In this document: positions 22,607 to 31,039 of the stretch, piece after piece
Layout of the letters: the number at the start of each line of letters is the position of its first letter
How positions within the stretch are numbered: position 1 is the stretch's first letter
NCBI GenBank assembly: GCA_020850295.1
Contig: JADZEV010000010.1
Location: forward strand, 1-34,993
DNA length: 34,993 bases
Direction: 5' to 3'
DNA from: Candidatus Nomurabacteria bacterium
Lineage (GTDB): Bacteria; Patescibacteriota; Minisyncoccia; Phycocordibacterales; UBA9973
The notes under the pieces: generated by a model
What the model saw: the letters and a program-made list of their open reading frames with translations, nothing else
What the model was told of the DNA's origin: nothing
Database searches by the model: none
Program-made: the position numbers and the translations under genes

Positions 22607-23869
22607 ATGTTAGACATTAAATTCATTCGGGAAAATCCAGACCTTATAAAAGAAGCTGTTAAGAAAAAGCATCTGTCATTTAATGTCGATGAGCTCCTGG
22701 TAGCTGAAGATAGAAGAAAAGAAGCTCTTTCAGAGTTTGAAACTCTAAGGGCAAAGCAAAATGAGTTATCTGACGCAGTTGCTAAAGCTTCTCCTGAAGA
22801 AAGGTCTTCTATGATAGAAGCTTTGAAGCCTATAAAAGAGCAGGTACAAAATGCTGAAGAAAAGGTTCGTGAGGTTACAAAGACTTGGCAGACCTTGATG
22901 TTGGCTGTTCCAAATATACCCGATATGTCTGTTCCAGAAGGAGCAAGTGATGAAGAAAATGTTGAGCACCATGTCTTTGGAGAAAAGCCAAAATTTGATT
23001 TTGTTCCTAAGGATCACACAGAAATTATGGAAGCACTTGATATGGTGGATTTTGAAAGAGGTGCAAAGGTTTCAGGATTTCGCGGTTATTTTTTGAAAAA
23101 TGATGGTGTATTACTACAGTTTGCTCTTTGGCAATATTTTTTAAATGCCTTAATAAAAAAAGGTTATAGCCCTTTTTCTGTTCCGTCTCTGGTAAACAAG
23201 CAAACTCTTTTTGGTTCTGGTTATTTACCACAAGGAGAAGACGATCTTTATAAAACTCAAGACGATAGTTATCTTGCGGGTACAGGAGAAGTTGCCATGA
23301 TGAGTTATCATAGCGACGAAGTCTTATCAGAAGAAGATTTGCCTAAAAAATATATAGCTTTCTCGCCATGCTTTAGAAGGGAAGCAGGAAGTCACGGTAA
23401 AGATGTAAAAGGATTGATAAGAGTTCATGAATTTTTCAAACTAGAGCAGGTTGTACTTTGTGAGGCAAATCATGAGACATCAGTATCTTTGCATGAAGAA
23501 ATAACAAAAAATGTAGAAACTCTTCTTCAAGAACTTGGGCTTCACTATCATGTGGTTACAAACTGTGGAGGAGATTTAGGTTTAGGTCAGGTTAAAAAGT
23601 ATGACATAGAAGTCTGGGTTCCTTCACAAGAGAAATTTAGAGAAACACACTCATCTTCTTATTTTCACGACTTCCAGACTCGTCGTTTAAACATTCGCTA
23701 CAAAGACAAAGAGGGAAAGCTTCGATATGCTCACTCACTAAACAATACTCTTGTTGCCACACCAAGAATCTTGGCTTCTATTGTTGAGAACTATCAACAA
23801 GCCGACGGGACAATAATGGTACCTGAAGTTCTGCGACCCTATATCGGTAAAGACTTTTTAGGTAAATAA
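22607..23869 (+). CDS. serS: Seryl-tRNA synthetase
   Basis: N-terminal coiled-coil arm MLDIKFIREN, and class II motifs FRREAGSHGKDVKGLIRVHEF and GLGQ...YDIEVW...SS. Confidence 0.9.
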   Translation: MLDIKFIRENPDLIKEAVKKKHLSFNVDELLVAEDRRKEALSEFETLRAKQNELSDAVAKASPEERSSMIEALKPIKEQVQNAEEKVREVTKTWQTLMLAVPNIPDMSVPEGASDEENVEHHVFGEKPKFDFVPKDHTEIMEALDMVDFERGAKVSGFRGYFLKNDGVLLQFALWQYFLNALIKKGYSPFSVPSLVNKQTLFGSGYLPQGEDDLYKTQDDSYLAGTGEVAMMSYHSDEVLSEEDLPKKYIAFSPCFRREAGSHGKDVKGLIRVHEFFKLEQVVLCEANHETSVSLHEEITKNVETLLQELGLHYHVVTNCGGDLGLGQVKKYDIEVWVPSQEKFRETHSSSYFHDFQTRRLNIRYKDKEGKLRYAHSLNNTLVATPRILASIVENYQQADGTIMVPEVLRPYIGKDFLGK

Positions 23870-23874
23870 TTTTT

Positions 23875-24711
23875 ATGTATGAAAGAAACTACCAGGCATC
23901 TGTTTCAAAAGAAAAGTCTCTAAAGACTAAAAAAAAGTTTTCTTGGAGAAAGTTTTTAAGATTTATATCCATAATCTTTTTTTTGATTGGAGTCGGTTTT
24001 TTATTAAGGCATCCTAGATTTCAGATAACAAATATCGAGGTTTTAGGAACCGCAGTTATTAGTAAAACAGATATAGAAGATAATACAAAAGAACAGTTGG
24101 TAGGAAAGTATCTATGGATTTTCCCTAAAAGTAGTTTTTTTTTAATCAATGAAAAAAATATCAAAGATAAAATCAAGAGAGATTTTTCTAGAATTGAAAA
24201 TATAAATATAAAAAGAACAAATTTCCATTCAATAGAAATAGAAATAAAAGAATTTGATGCCGCCTTTCTTTGGTGTAGTAAAGGAGAAGAAGATTGTTAT
24301 TTTATGGACAATCAAGGCGTGGTTTACAGTAAAGCGCCAGTATTTTCTGGAACAGCTTATATTAAAATCATTACGGATTTAGAACCCAAAGAATTACCAT
24401 TTTCTGTTTTATCATTGGATGAAATATCTAAGATCACAGAAATATCTGAAAGACTTTTGGTTATAAACATAGTGCCTTCTACATTTAACTATGTATCAGA
24501 TCGCCAGTTAGATATTGATTTTCTTCACAACAAATCTATCTCTAAAATAATAATAGACCCACGAAATAATATAGAGACTTCTTTAGAATATGTTTTCTCC
24601 GGCATCAGAACGGAACCTCTTGCTTCAAAGTTTCATAACTCTAACAAAAAGCTTTTATATATAGATGTTAGATTTCCAAGTAAGATAGTTTATAAGTTTG
24701 AAGAAGAATAA
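23875..24711 (+). CDS. FtsQ/DivIB-like cell division protein (TM + POTRA)
   Basis: A single N-terminal TM helix followed by ITNIEVLGTAVISKTDI (POTRA-like). Confidence 0.55.
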   Translation: MYERNYQASVSKEKSLKTKKKFSWRKFLRFISIIFFLIGVGFLLRHPRFQITNIEVLGTAVISKTDIEDNTKEQLVGKYLWIFPKSSFFLINEKNIKDKIKRDFSRIENINIKRTNFHSIEIEIKEFDAAFLWCSKGEEDCYFMDNQGVVYSKAPVFSGTAYIKIITDLEPKELPFSVLSLDEISKITEISERLLVINIVPSTFNYVSDRQLDIDFLHNKSISKIIIDPRNNIETSLEYVFSGIRTEPLASKFHNSNKKLLYIDVRFPSKIVYKFEEE

Positions 24712-25790
24712 TGAATTTTTGGCAAGAATTAAACAATAAAAAGAAACCTTTTTTTGTCGTTGCTCCAATGGCAGATGTTACTGATCCTGCTTTTAGGCTT
24801 CTCATTTCAAAATACAGCAAACCAGATGTCATGTGGACAGAGTTTGTTTCGGCAAATGGTTTAAATAGCCCAGGCAGAGAGGCATTAAAAAGAGATTTGG
24901 CTTTTAGTGAAGTTGAACGGCCTATAGTAGCTCAACTCTTTGGTGCGAACCCTACAAACATGCAAGCTGCCGCCAAACTTTGTGCAGAACTTGGTTTTGA
25001 CGGTATAGATATCAACATGGGGTGCCCAGATAAAACCATAGAAAAACAAGGTGCTGGTGCTTGTATGATTAAGTCGCCAGAAGTCGCTGGTTCTGTTATA
25101 AATGCTGTTAAGTTAGGTATTAAGGACGCTGGAAAAGATATTCCTATCTCTGTTAAAACTAGACTAGGTTATAACAATGTTGATTTTGATTGGATAGGTT
25201 TTCTTTTAAAGCAAGATATCGCAACCCTAACAGTGCATGCTCGAACTAGAAAAGATTTATCAAAAGTTCCGGCAAACTGGGATTATATAAAAGAAATAGT
25301 AAAACTTCGTGACCAAATAGCACCAAATACTTTGATAATAGGTAATGGCGATGTTGTGTCTTTAGAAGAGGGAAAAGAAAAAGCTAAACAAAGTGGTGTC
25401 GATGGTGTTATGGTTGGTAGAGCATTGTTTGGAAACCCTTGGTTTTTTGATGAAAGTAGAGAAGTAGTAGCAACACTTCCAAGGCGCGCTCCGTGGATAC
25501 TACGAAAGATGCCATTTATCAAAAAGTTTTTTGAGACAAAAAGAAAAGCTTCAGTATCAAAAATTAAACCCATAACTATAGAAGAAAGACTCTCTGTAAT
25601 GGTAGAGCACTGTGAGCTTTATGAAAAAATGTTAGGAGATATAAAGAGTTTTAATATTATCAAGAAACATATGAATGCTTATGTTACAGGATTCTCTGGG
25701 GCTAAAGAACTTCGCATCGCTTTGATGGAAAGAGCCAACAATGCTTCTGAGGTAAAGGCAATAGTAGATAAATTTTTGACTTTAAGATAA
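24711..25790 (+). CDS. dus: tRNA-dihydrouridine synthase
   Basis: VVAPMADVTDPAFR, VAQLFG, GFDGIDINMGCP, HARTR. Confidence 0.85.
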   Translation: MNFWQELNNKKKPFFVVAPMADVTDPAFRLLISKYSKPDVMWTEFVSANGLNSPGREALKRDLAFSEVERPIVAQLFGANPTNMQAAAKLCAELGFDGIDINMGCPDKTIEKQGAGACMIKSPEVAGSVINAVKLGIKDAGKDIPISVKTRLGYNNVDFDWIGFLLKQDIATLTVHARTRKDLSKVPANWDYIKEIVKLRDQIAPNTLIIGNGDVVSLEEGKEKAKQSGVDGVMVGRALFGNPWFFDESREVVATLPRRAPWILRKMPFIKKFFETKRKASVSKIKPITIEERLSVMVEHCELYEKMLGDIKSFNIIKKHMNAYVTGFSGAKELRIALMERANNASEVKAIVDKFLTLR

Positions 25791-25821
25791 AAAAGGATAG
25801 ACTTAAGAAAAATTATTCTTT

Positions 25822-26271
25822 ATGGAAAAAATCAAGAAACTAGCTGTATTTCGCAATGGTCTTGCCGGTGAATTAGGTACATTAATTATTCACGAAAACG
25901 AATACGCAAAAAAGAAGGTAGAAGTCGCCTCGCAAAGAAGTAGTATAATTAATTCGGTTGTTAATAAAATATTAAGTCAAATTAAAAACACCGATGTTCT
26001 TAAAGCTCTCAAGGCTATTACAGGAGATAAAGCAAAAACACTACTTTATGAATTAGTTGAACAATCAATTGATTTTGATAAAGATGAACATAAAAGCGTC
26101 TCTCTCTGCAGATCCCCTTATTTACTTTTTGGTACCGGAGAAAAACATTCGAGTATGGAATTTTCAAAAAAAGTTAATGACTCCGCAAAAGATTTTCTCC
26201 CGATTGCCAAAATTACTTCTTACCCGCAAATAGGAGGTATTTGTTTTAAGTTTGAAATGATTGGATTATAA
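25822..26271 (+). CDS. Hypothetical protein (149 aa)
   Basis: ORF followed by a terminator. No family recognised. Confidence 0.45.
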   Translation: MEKIKKLAVFRNGLAGELGTLIIHENEYAKKKVEVASQRSSIINSVVNKILSQIKNTDVLKALKAITGDKAKTLLYELVEQSIDFDKDEHKSVSLCRSPYLLFGTGEKHSSMEFSKKVNDSAKDFLPIAKITSYPQIGGICFKFEMIGL

Positions 26272-26287
26272 TTTAAAAAATCTTGCT

Positions 26288-26320
26288 AACCCTGCTGCTT
26301 CAGCGGGGTTTTTATTTTTT
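26288..26320 (+). terminator. Intrinsic terminator
   Basis: AACCCTGCTG-ctt-CAGCGGGGTT followed by a T-run. Confidence 0.7.
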
Positions 26321-26337
26321 TGGTACAATAGAGCATC

Positions 26338-27393
26338 ATGAAAAGCGAGACTAGTAGCCAAGTTTTATACCGTAAATACCGACCAAGCGACTGGGCAGAA
26401 GTAGTAGGACAGGAACATATAGTCTCTGTATTAGCACAATCTATAGAAAACTCCTCTTTTGCTCAAGCTTATCTTTTCACAGGTAGCAGAGGAACAGGTA
26501 AGACTTCTGTGGCTCGTATCTTTGCCAAAGCTCTCGGCACAACAGATGAAGACACTATAGAGATAGATGCCGCTTCAAATAGAGGAATAGACGATATAAG
26601 GGCACTTAGAGAAGCGGTCAGGTCCTTTCCTTTTTCATCAAAGTTTAAAGTTTATATTATCGATGAGGTGCACATGCTCTCAAAGGATGCTTTTAATGCA
26701 CTTCTTAAGACCCTTGAAGAACCACCAGCTCATGTAGTTTTCATACTTGCTACTACTGAACTAGACAAAGTTCCAGAGACCATACTTTCTCGTTGCCAGG
26801 TATTTTCTTTCCGGAAACCAACAGAGAAAATTTTGACTTCTATAGTAGAAGATATAGCTAAGAGAGAGAAAATAAAAATAGACAACGAAGCTGCGTCACT
26901 TATTGGTTTTTTGGGGGATGGATCATTCCGAGATACTTATGGACTCCTTCAGAAAGTTATTTCAGCATCGTCAGACAGATCTATAAACAGAGAACTTGTG
27001 GAGTCTGTGACTGGTGCGCCCTCTCTGGTAGTTATCCACGACTTATATGATGCTTTAATAAATAAAGACATAGATAGTGCTTACACTGTTTTATCTAAGG
27101 CTAATGATCATCACACAGACATGATGTTGTTAGCACAGCTTATGCTCGACACTATGCGTATGAGTTTGATGTATCGCTATGCACCAAATCTAAGAGAAGA
27201 AATAGAATCTAAGCATAATGAAAAGTATATTGAGATTATTAAAAAGGGCGCTGTAGAAGGTGCGCAGGTTATTTCTTCAACAAGCATCATAGCTATGATA
27301 ACAGCGGTAGAGAGGATAGCTTATGCAGCTATACCAGCTTTGCCACTGGAGCTAGCATTTCTTGAAATGATAGAAGTAGAGAAGAAAGCTTAG
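26338..27393 (+). CDS. dnaX: DNA polymerase III subunit gamma/tau (short form)
   Basis: YRKYRPSDWAEVVGQEHIV, Walker A GSRGTGKTS, DEVHMLS, SRCQ. Confidence 0.85.
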   Translation: MKSETSSQVLYRKYRPSDWAEVVGQEHIVSVLAQSIENSSFAQAYLFTGSRGTGKTSVARIFAKALGTTDEDTIEIDAASNRGIDDIRALREAVRSFPFSSKFKVYIIDEVHMLSKDAFNALLKTLEEPPAHVVFILATTELDKVPETILSRCQVFSFRKPTEKILTSIVEDIAKREKIKIDNEAASLIGFLGDGSFRDTYGLLQKVISASSDRSINRELVESVTGAPSLVVIHDLYDALINKDIDSAYTVLSKANDHHTDMMLLAQLMLDTMRMSLMYRYAPNLREEIESKHNEKYIEIIKKGAVEGAQVISSTSIIAMITAVERIAYAAIPALPLELAFLEMIEVEKKA

Positions 27394-27399
27394 TTGAAA

Positions 27400-27432
27400 A
27401 CGCCCTGTTTTTATGTTATAAAAACAGGGCGT
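27400..27432. terminator. Perfect 15-bp hairpin after dnaX
   Basis: ACGCCCTGTTTTTAT-gtt-ATAAAAACAGGGCGT. There is no clean U-tract, so terminator function is uncertain. Confidence 0.45.
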
Positions 27433-27440
27433 AAATGCAT

Positions 27441-27462
27441 TGCCCGATCCCTAATGGTGGGA
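27441..27462 (+). pseudogene. 5' fragment (acceptor strand + D arm, positions ~1-26) of a second tRNA-Gln-like gene
   Basis: TGCCCGA-TC-CCTAATGGTGGG-A parallels the intact tRNA-Gln 5' part TGGGGTA-TC-GTCTAATGGTAGGAC. The acceptor strand is 7/7 complementary to TCGGGCA at 27669-27675. Confidence 0.6.
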
Positions 27463-27536
27463 ATAAAAATGAAACTGCTTTCATTTTTATCTGGTTCTAA
27501 GACTTTAGAAAACGCTTGTACTTTTATAAATAATGC

Positions 27537-27607
27537 TGGGGTATCGTCTAATGGTAGGACGCCGGGTTTTGGTCCCGTAAATTGAGGTTCGAGTCCTTGT
27601 ACCCCAG
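27537..27607 (+). tRNA. tRNA-Gln (anticodon TTG)
   Basis: Hand fold: U1-A72 acceptor TGGGGTA/TACCCCA, D loop AATGGTA, anticodon loop TTTTGGT, T arm TGAGG-TTCGAGT-CCTTG, discriminator G. Confidence 0.85.
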
Positions 27608-27630
27608 CATTGTTTAGAAGAGTAAGCGTT

Positions 27631-27679
27631 AAGGGTTTTGGTCCATGGTATTGAGGTTCGAGTCCTTGTCGGGCAGCCA
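27631..27679 (+). pseudogene. 3' fragment (anticodon arm to CCA, positions ~27-76) of the second tRNA-Gln-like gene
   Basis: 32/37 identical to tRNA-Gln over GGGTTTTGGTCC.....ATTGAGGTTCGAGTCCTTGT, then its own acceptor strand TCGGGCA, G, CCA. The anticodon stem has 2 mismatches. Confidence 0.6.
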
Positions 27680-27835
27680 ACTCGTGATAGGTTATCGCGC
27701 ACGAGACGCGTCGATAACTTCGCATTAGCTAAGAAAGATTATTTTAAGCAAAAAGTTCCTGTTCGGGCTTTTTTGCTTTCACATCTTCCTTTGTGTGGAA
27801 TTAAAAAGATACATGATCGACTAAAGAAACTGAGC

Positions 27836-27863
27836 TTGACCGTATACCCCACAGGGGTATACT
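27836..27863 (+). promoter_or_regulatory. Promoter with embedded CsoR-type operator
   Basis: TTGACC at 27836-27841, TATACT at 27858-27863. A perfect palindrome GTATACCCC-aca-GGGGTATAC (27842-27862) fills the spacer and -10. The ATG follows 6 nt later. Confidence 0.65.
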
Positions 27864-27869
27864 TAAAAT

Positions 27870-28139
27870 ATGAAGCAAGACATAAAAAAGCAGTTGCAAA
27901 ATCGTCTGCGGCGCATCGAGGGTCAGGTGCGTGGTTTACAGCAAATGGTGGAAAGTGAGAAATATTGTGTAGACATAATTACTCAATCCAATGCTATAAA
28001 AAAAGCATTGGGAAGCGTTGAGAATGTGATGCTGGAACATCATTTATCTACGCATGTTGTGCATCAAATGCGAGGCAAGGAGGAAGATAAGGCAATCAAT
28101 GAAATCCTAAAGGTGTATAAGTTAGCTCAAAATAAGTAA
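27870..28139 (+). CDS. CsoR/RcnR-family metal-sensing transcriptional repressor
   Basis: RLRRIEGQVRGLQQMVE, YCVDIITQ, LEHHLSTHV. The metal-ligand fingerprint reads x-C-H-H rather than the CsoR x-C-H-C. Confidence 0.8.
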   Translation: MKQDIKKQLQNRLRRIEGQVRGLQQMVESEKYCVDIITQSNAIKKALGSVENVMLEHHLSTHVVHQMRGKEEDKAINEILKVYKLAQNK

Positions 28140-28143
28140 CTAT

Positions 28144-30189
28144 ATGCACAATACTTCCCACCACAAACATTCTCCTGCTGATCGCTCTTGCTGTGATACA
28201 GACAACAGCCACCAAGAGAAACATTCGCACGACAACCATCAAGGTCATCACTCCCACATGGTTGATGATTTCAGAAAGAGGTTTTGGATTTCTCTCGTTC
28301 TCTCTATTCCTGTACTTGTTCTCTCGCCGATGATCCAGATGTTTTTTGGTATAGAGGGTATCGGTTTTTCAAGGGACGTATATGTTCGATTTATTCTCAC
28401 CTCAATCATTTTCTTTTATGGCGGCTATCCATTCCTCAAAGGTTTATATGATGAAGTAAAAGCAAGACAGCTAGGGATGATGACGCTCGTTGCCCTGGCT
28501 ATTTCTGCTGCTTATGGATATAGCATTGCTGTGTTTGCGGGGCTATCTGGAGAGGAACTTCTTTGGGAGCTGGTAACGCTCGCGGACATTATGCTTCTTG
28601 GGCATTGGATTGAGATGAGGTCGGTTATGGGTGCGTCAGGAGCTTTGGAAGAACTTGCAAAGCTAATGCCTTCAACAGCACACCGGCTTGGAAAAAACGG
28701 AGAGATAGAAGAGGTGCAGGTTGCTGATCTGTCTCTCGGAGATAGAGTTCTTGTAAAACCTGGTGAGAAGATCCCTGTTGACGGCATTGTTATTGAAGGA
28801 AGAACTTCAGTAAATGAAGCAATGCTTACAGGAGAAACGAAACTCATAGAAAAATATGCTGGACAATCTGTTATCGGAGGTTCAGTCAATAGCGATGGTT
28901 CAATCGTTGTAGAGATACAGAAAGTAGGAAAAGACACATATCTTTCCCAAATCATAGAGCTTGTATCTTCTGCACAGGCGGAGAAGTCAAAGACCCAGAA
29001 ACTCGCTGACCGTGCGGCGATGTGGCTAACATTTGTAGCAATCGGAGCGGGAATAATTACATTTTTCGGATGGTTTCTCTTTTCTACCCAAAACCTCGCT
29101 TATGCCCTTCAACGTACCATTGCGGTTATTGTCATAGCTTGTCCTCACGCCCTCGGCCTTGCTATACCGCTTGTGGTTTCAGTTTCGACCGCACTCTCTG
29201 CTCGCAAAGGTTTGCTTATACGCAACAGAACCGCTTTTGAAGAAGCGCGAAATATAACCGCTGTTGTCTTTGATAAGACGGGCACTCTTACTAAAGGAGA
29301 GTTCGGCATAACCGAAGTTGTGCCACTGGGAAATGAACAAGAGGATCGAATTCTTGCTTATGCCGCTGCAATAGAGGCACACTCAGAACATCCGATAGCA
29401 AAAGCCATAGCAGAACGTGTAGATAAAAAACTTGCTGTAAATAATTTCTCCGCAATACCCGGCAAAGGTGCAATGGGCACTGTAGAGGGGAAACAAATCA
29501 AAGTGGTAAGTCCAGGATATTTAAATGAAAAGAGGATAGCGGTAAACAACAAAAGCGTTGAACGTTTGATAGATGAGGGAAGGACTGTCGTATTTGTTTT
29601 AGTTGATGAATTACCTATAGGTGCTATTGCTCTTGATGATATGGTTCGCGATGAAGCAAAGGAAGTGGTCCAAAAACTTCAAGAAATGGGAATTGAACCT
29701 ATTATGCTTACCGGGGACGCTAAGCGTGTCGCAGAGCGTGTTTCAAAGGAGCTAGGAATCAAGACCTATTATGCAGAGGTGTTGTCACATCAGAAGACAG
29801 AGAAGATAAAAGAGTTACAAGCCCGAGGGTATAAGGTGGCGATGGTTGGAGACGGGGTTAATGATGCACCAGCACTTGCTCAAGCTAATGTCGGCATCGC
29901 TATCGGTGCTGGAACTGATGTAGCTATTGAAAGTGCCGATGTGGTCTTGGTAAAAAGTGATCCAAGAGATGTGGTTGCAATACTTTCTCTCGCCAAGGCT
30001 ACGTATCGAAAGATGATCCAAAATCTCTGGTGGGCAAGCGGCTATAACATTCTTGCTTTACCACTAGCAGCGGGAGTGCTCGCTGGTGTCGGAATTATTT
30101 TATCTCCTGCCGTAGGAGCCGTGCTGATGTCGGTAAGTACGGTGGTCGTGGCGATTAACGCAACCCTCCTGAAAAATTATAGAATGTAG
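28144..30189 (+). CDS. P1B-type heavy-metal (copper) translocating ATPase, CopB-like (CPH motif, His-rich N-terminus)
   Basis: His-rich N-terminus (HHKH...HQEKHSHDNHQGHHSH), TGE (MLTGET), CPH in ACPHALGLA, DKTGT, GDGVNDAP. Confidence 0.9.
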   Translation: MHNTSHHKHSPADRSCCDTDNSHQEKHSHDNHQGHHSHMVDDFRKRFWISLVLSIPVLVLSPMIQMFFGIEGIGFSRDVYVRFILTSIIFFYGGYPFLKGLYDEVKARQLGMMTLVALAISAAYGYSIAVFAGLSGEELLWELVTLADIMLLGHWIEMRSVMGASGALEELAKLMPSTAHRLGKNGEIEEVQVADLSLGDRVLVKPGEKIPVDGIVIEGRTSVNEAMLTGETKLIEKYAGQSVIGGSVNSDGSIVVEIQKVGKDTYLSQIIELVSSAQAEKSKTQKLADRAAMWLTFVAIGAGIITFFGWFLFSTQNLAYALQRTIAVIVIACPHALGLAIPLVVSVSTALSARKGLLIRNRTAFEEARNITAVVFDKTGTLTKGEFGITEVVPLGNEQEDRILAYAAAIEAHSEHPIAKAIAERVDKKLAVNNFSAIPGKGAMGTVEGKQIKVVSPGYLNEKRIAVNNKSVERLIDEGRTVVFVLVDELPIGAIALDDMVRDEAKEVVQKLQEMGIEPIMLTGDAKRVAERVSKELGIKTYYAEVLSHQKTEKIKELQARGYKVAMVGDGVNDAPALAQANVGIAIGAGTDVAIESADVVLVKSDPRDVVAILSLAKATYRKMIQNLWWASGYNILALPLAAGVLAGVGIILSPAVGAVLMSVSTVVVAINATLLKNYRM

Positions 30190-30191
30190 GT

Positions 30192-30599
30192 ATGTCATTT
30201 TTTACAAACAAAGCAAAATATCTCCTCCTCGGCATACTTTTAGTGGCATTTTTATGGGTAGGTGGGTTTGGCATTTTGTCAGCGGTTCAAATGTCTCACG
30301 GTGAACACCAAGCTGGTTGCACTGTAACGCTTGGTGAGCATGTCATTTGTGCAATGAACCCATTTGAATATCTTTCTGTATGGCAAAGCATATTCACTGT
30401 TCCTCTAACACTTATTTCTTCCTTCCTGCTTTTACTTATAGCTCTTGGACTAGCTCTCTTTGCCCGCATAAAAAAGGTCATACTGGATCCGCCTGAAATA
30501 ACCGGCTCTCAAGAAGTCCCTCGCAGATTTACGTTTTATATTCCTGATCTATATACAGAGCTATTCTCTCAAGGTATTTTGCATCCCAAAGCCCCGTAA
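30192..30599 (+). CDS. Hypothetical membrane protein (135 aa)
   Basis: Two TM helices flank a His/Cys-containing loop (MSHGEHQAGCTVTLGEHVIC). Tightly packed in the cop operon. Confidence 0.5.
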   Translation: MSFFTNKAKYLLLGILLVAFLWVGGFGILSAVQMSHGEHQAGCTVTLGEHVICAMNPFEYLSVWQSIFTVPLTLISSFLLLLIALGLALFARIKKVILDPPEITGSQEVPRRFTFYIPDLYTELFSQGILHPKAP

Positions 30600-30639
30600 T
30601 TTTTCCTACTTCTTTTATTAGCAACTATTAAACAAAATT

Positions 30640-31035
30640 ATGGAAACAAAAAATAACAACTTACTTATTATCGGCATCATTACCCTTATTCTGGGACTTG
30701 TTCTTGGATATTTCTTAGGAACAGGAAAAATGAATTGCCCCATGATGTCAGACACAACTGACACAAGTAGTCATATGATGGGTGGCTCACACGAAATGGG
30801 AGATACAATGACTAACATGACAGCAGGTCTAGAAGGTAAATCGGGAGAAGAGTTTGAGAAGGCATTTATTGACGAAATGATTGTTCATCACGAAGGGGCT
30901 GTAGATATGGCACGTATGCTTCTTCAGAAGACACAGCGTCCTGAACTCGTAAAACTCGGAAATGACATTATTAACGCCCAGACAAGTGAAATTGAAATGA
31001 TGAAAGAGTGGCGACAAACTTGGTTTACCAATTAA
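30640..31035 (+). CDS. DUF305 family protein
   Basis: N-terminal TM or signal segment, Met/His-rich linker, then FIDEMIVHHEGAVDMA...IINAQTSEIEMMKEW, typical of DUF305. Confidence 0.75.
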   Translation: METKNNNLLIIGIITLILGLVLGYFLGTGKMNCPMMSDTTDTSSHMMGGSHEMGDTMTNMTAGLEGKSGEEFEKAFIDEMIVHHEGAVDMARMLLQKTQRPELVKLGNDIINAQTSEIEMMKEWRQTWFTN

Positions 31036-31039
31036 GCCT

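Noticed and set aside
27631-27679. A second complete tRNA immediately downstream of tRNA-Gln.
   Set aside because: No D arm or 5' acceptor strand lies within ~75 nt upstream, since CAGCATT cannot pair with TCGGGCA. The matching 5' half is 190 nt upstream, so I report it as a split or pseudo tRNA instead.
27394-27958. ORFs 27394-27585(+), 27411-27725(-), 27505-27702(-) and 27638-27958(+).
   Set aside because: They are translations of tRNA and tRNA-fragment DNA. The duplicated GLEPQ peptide is just the repeated T arm. Some use TTG starts, and they overlap a well-folded tRNA-Gln.
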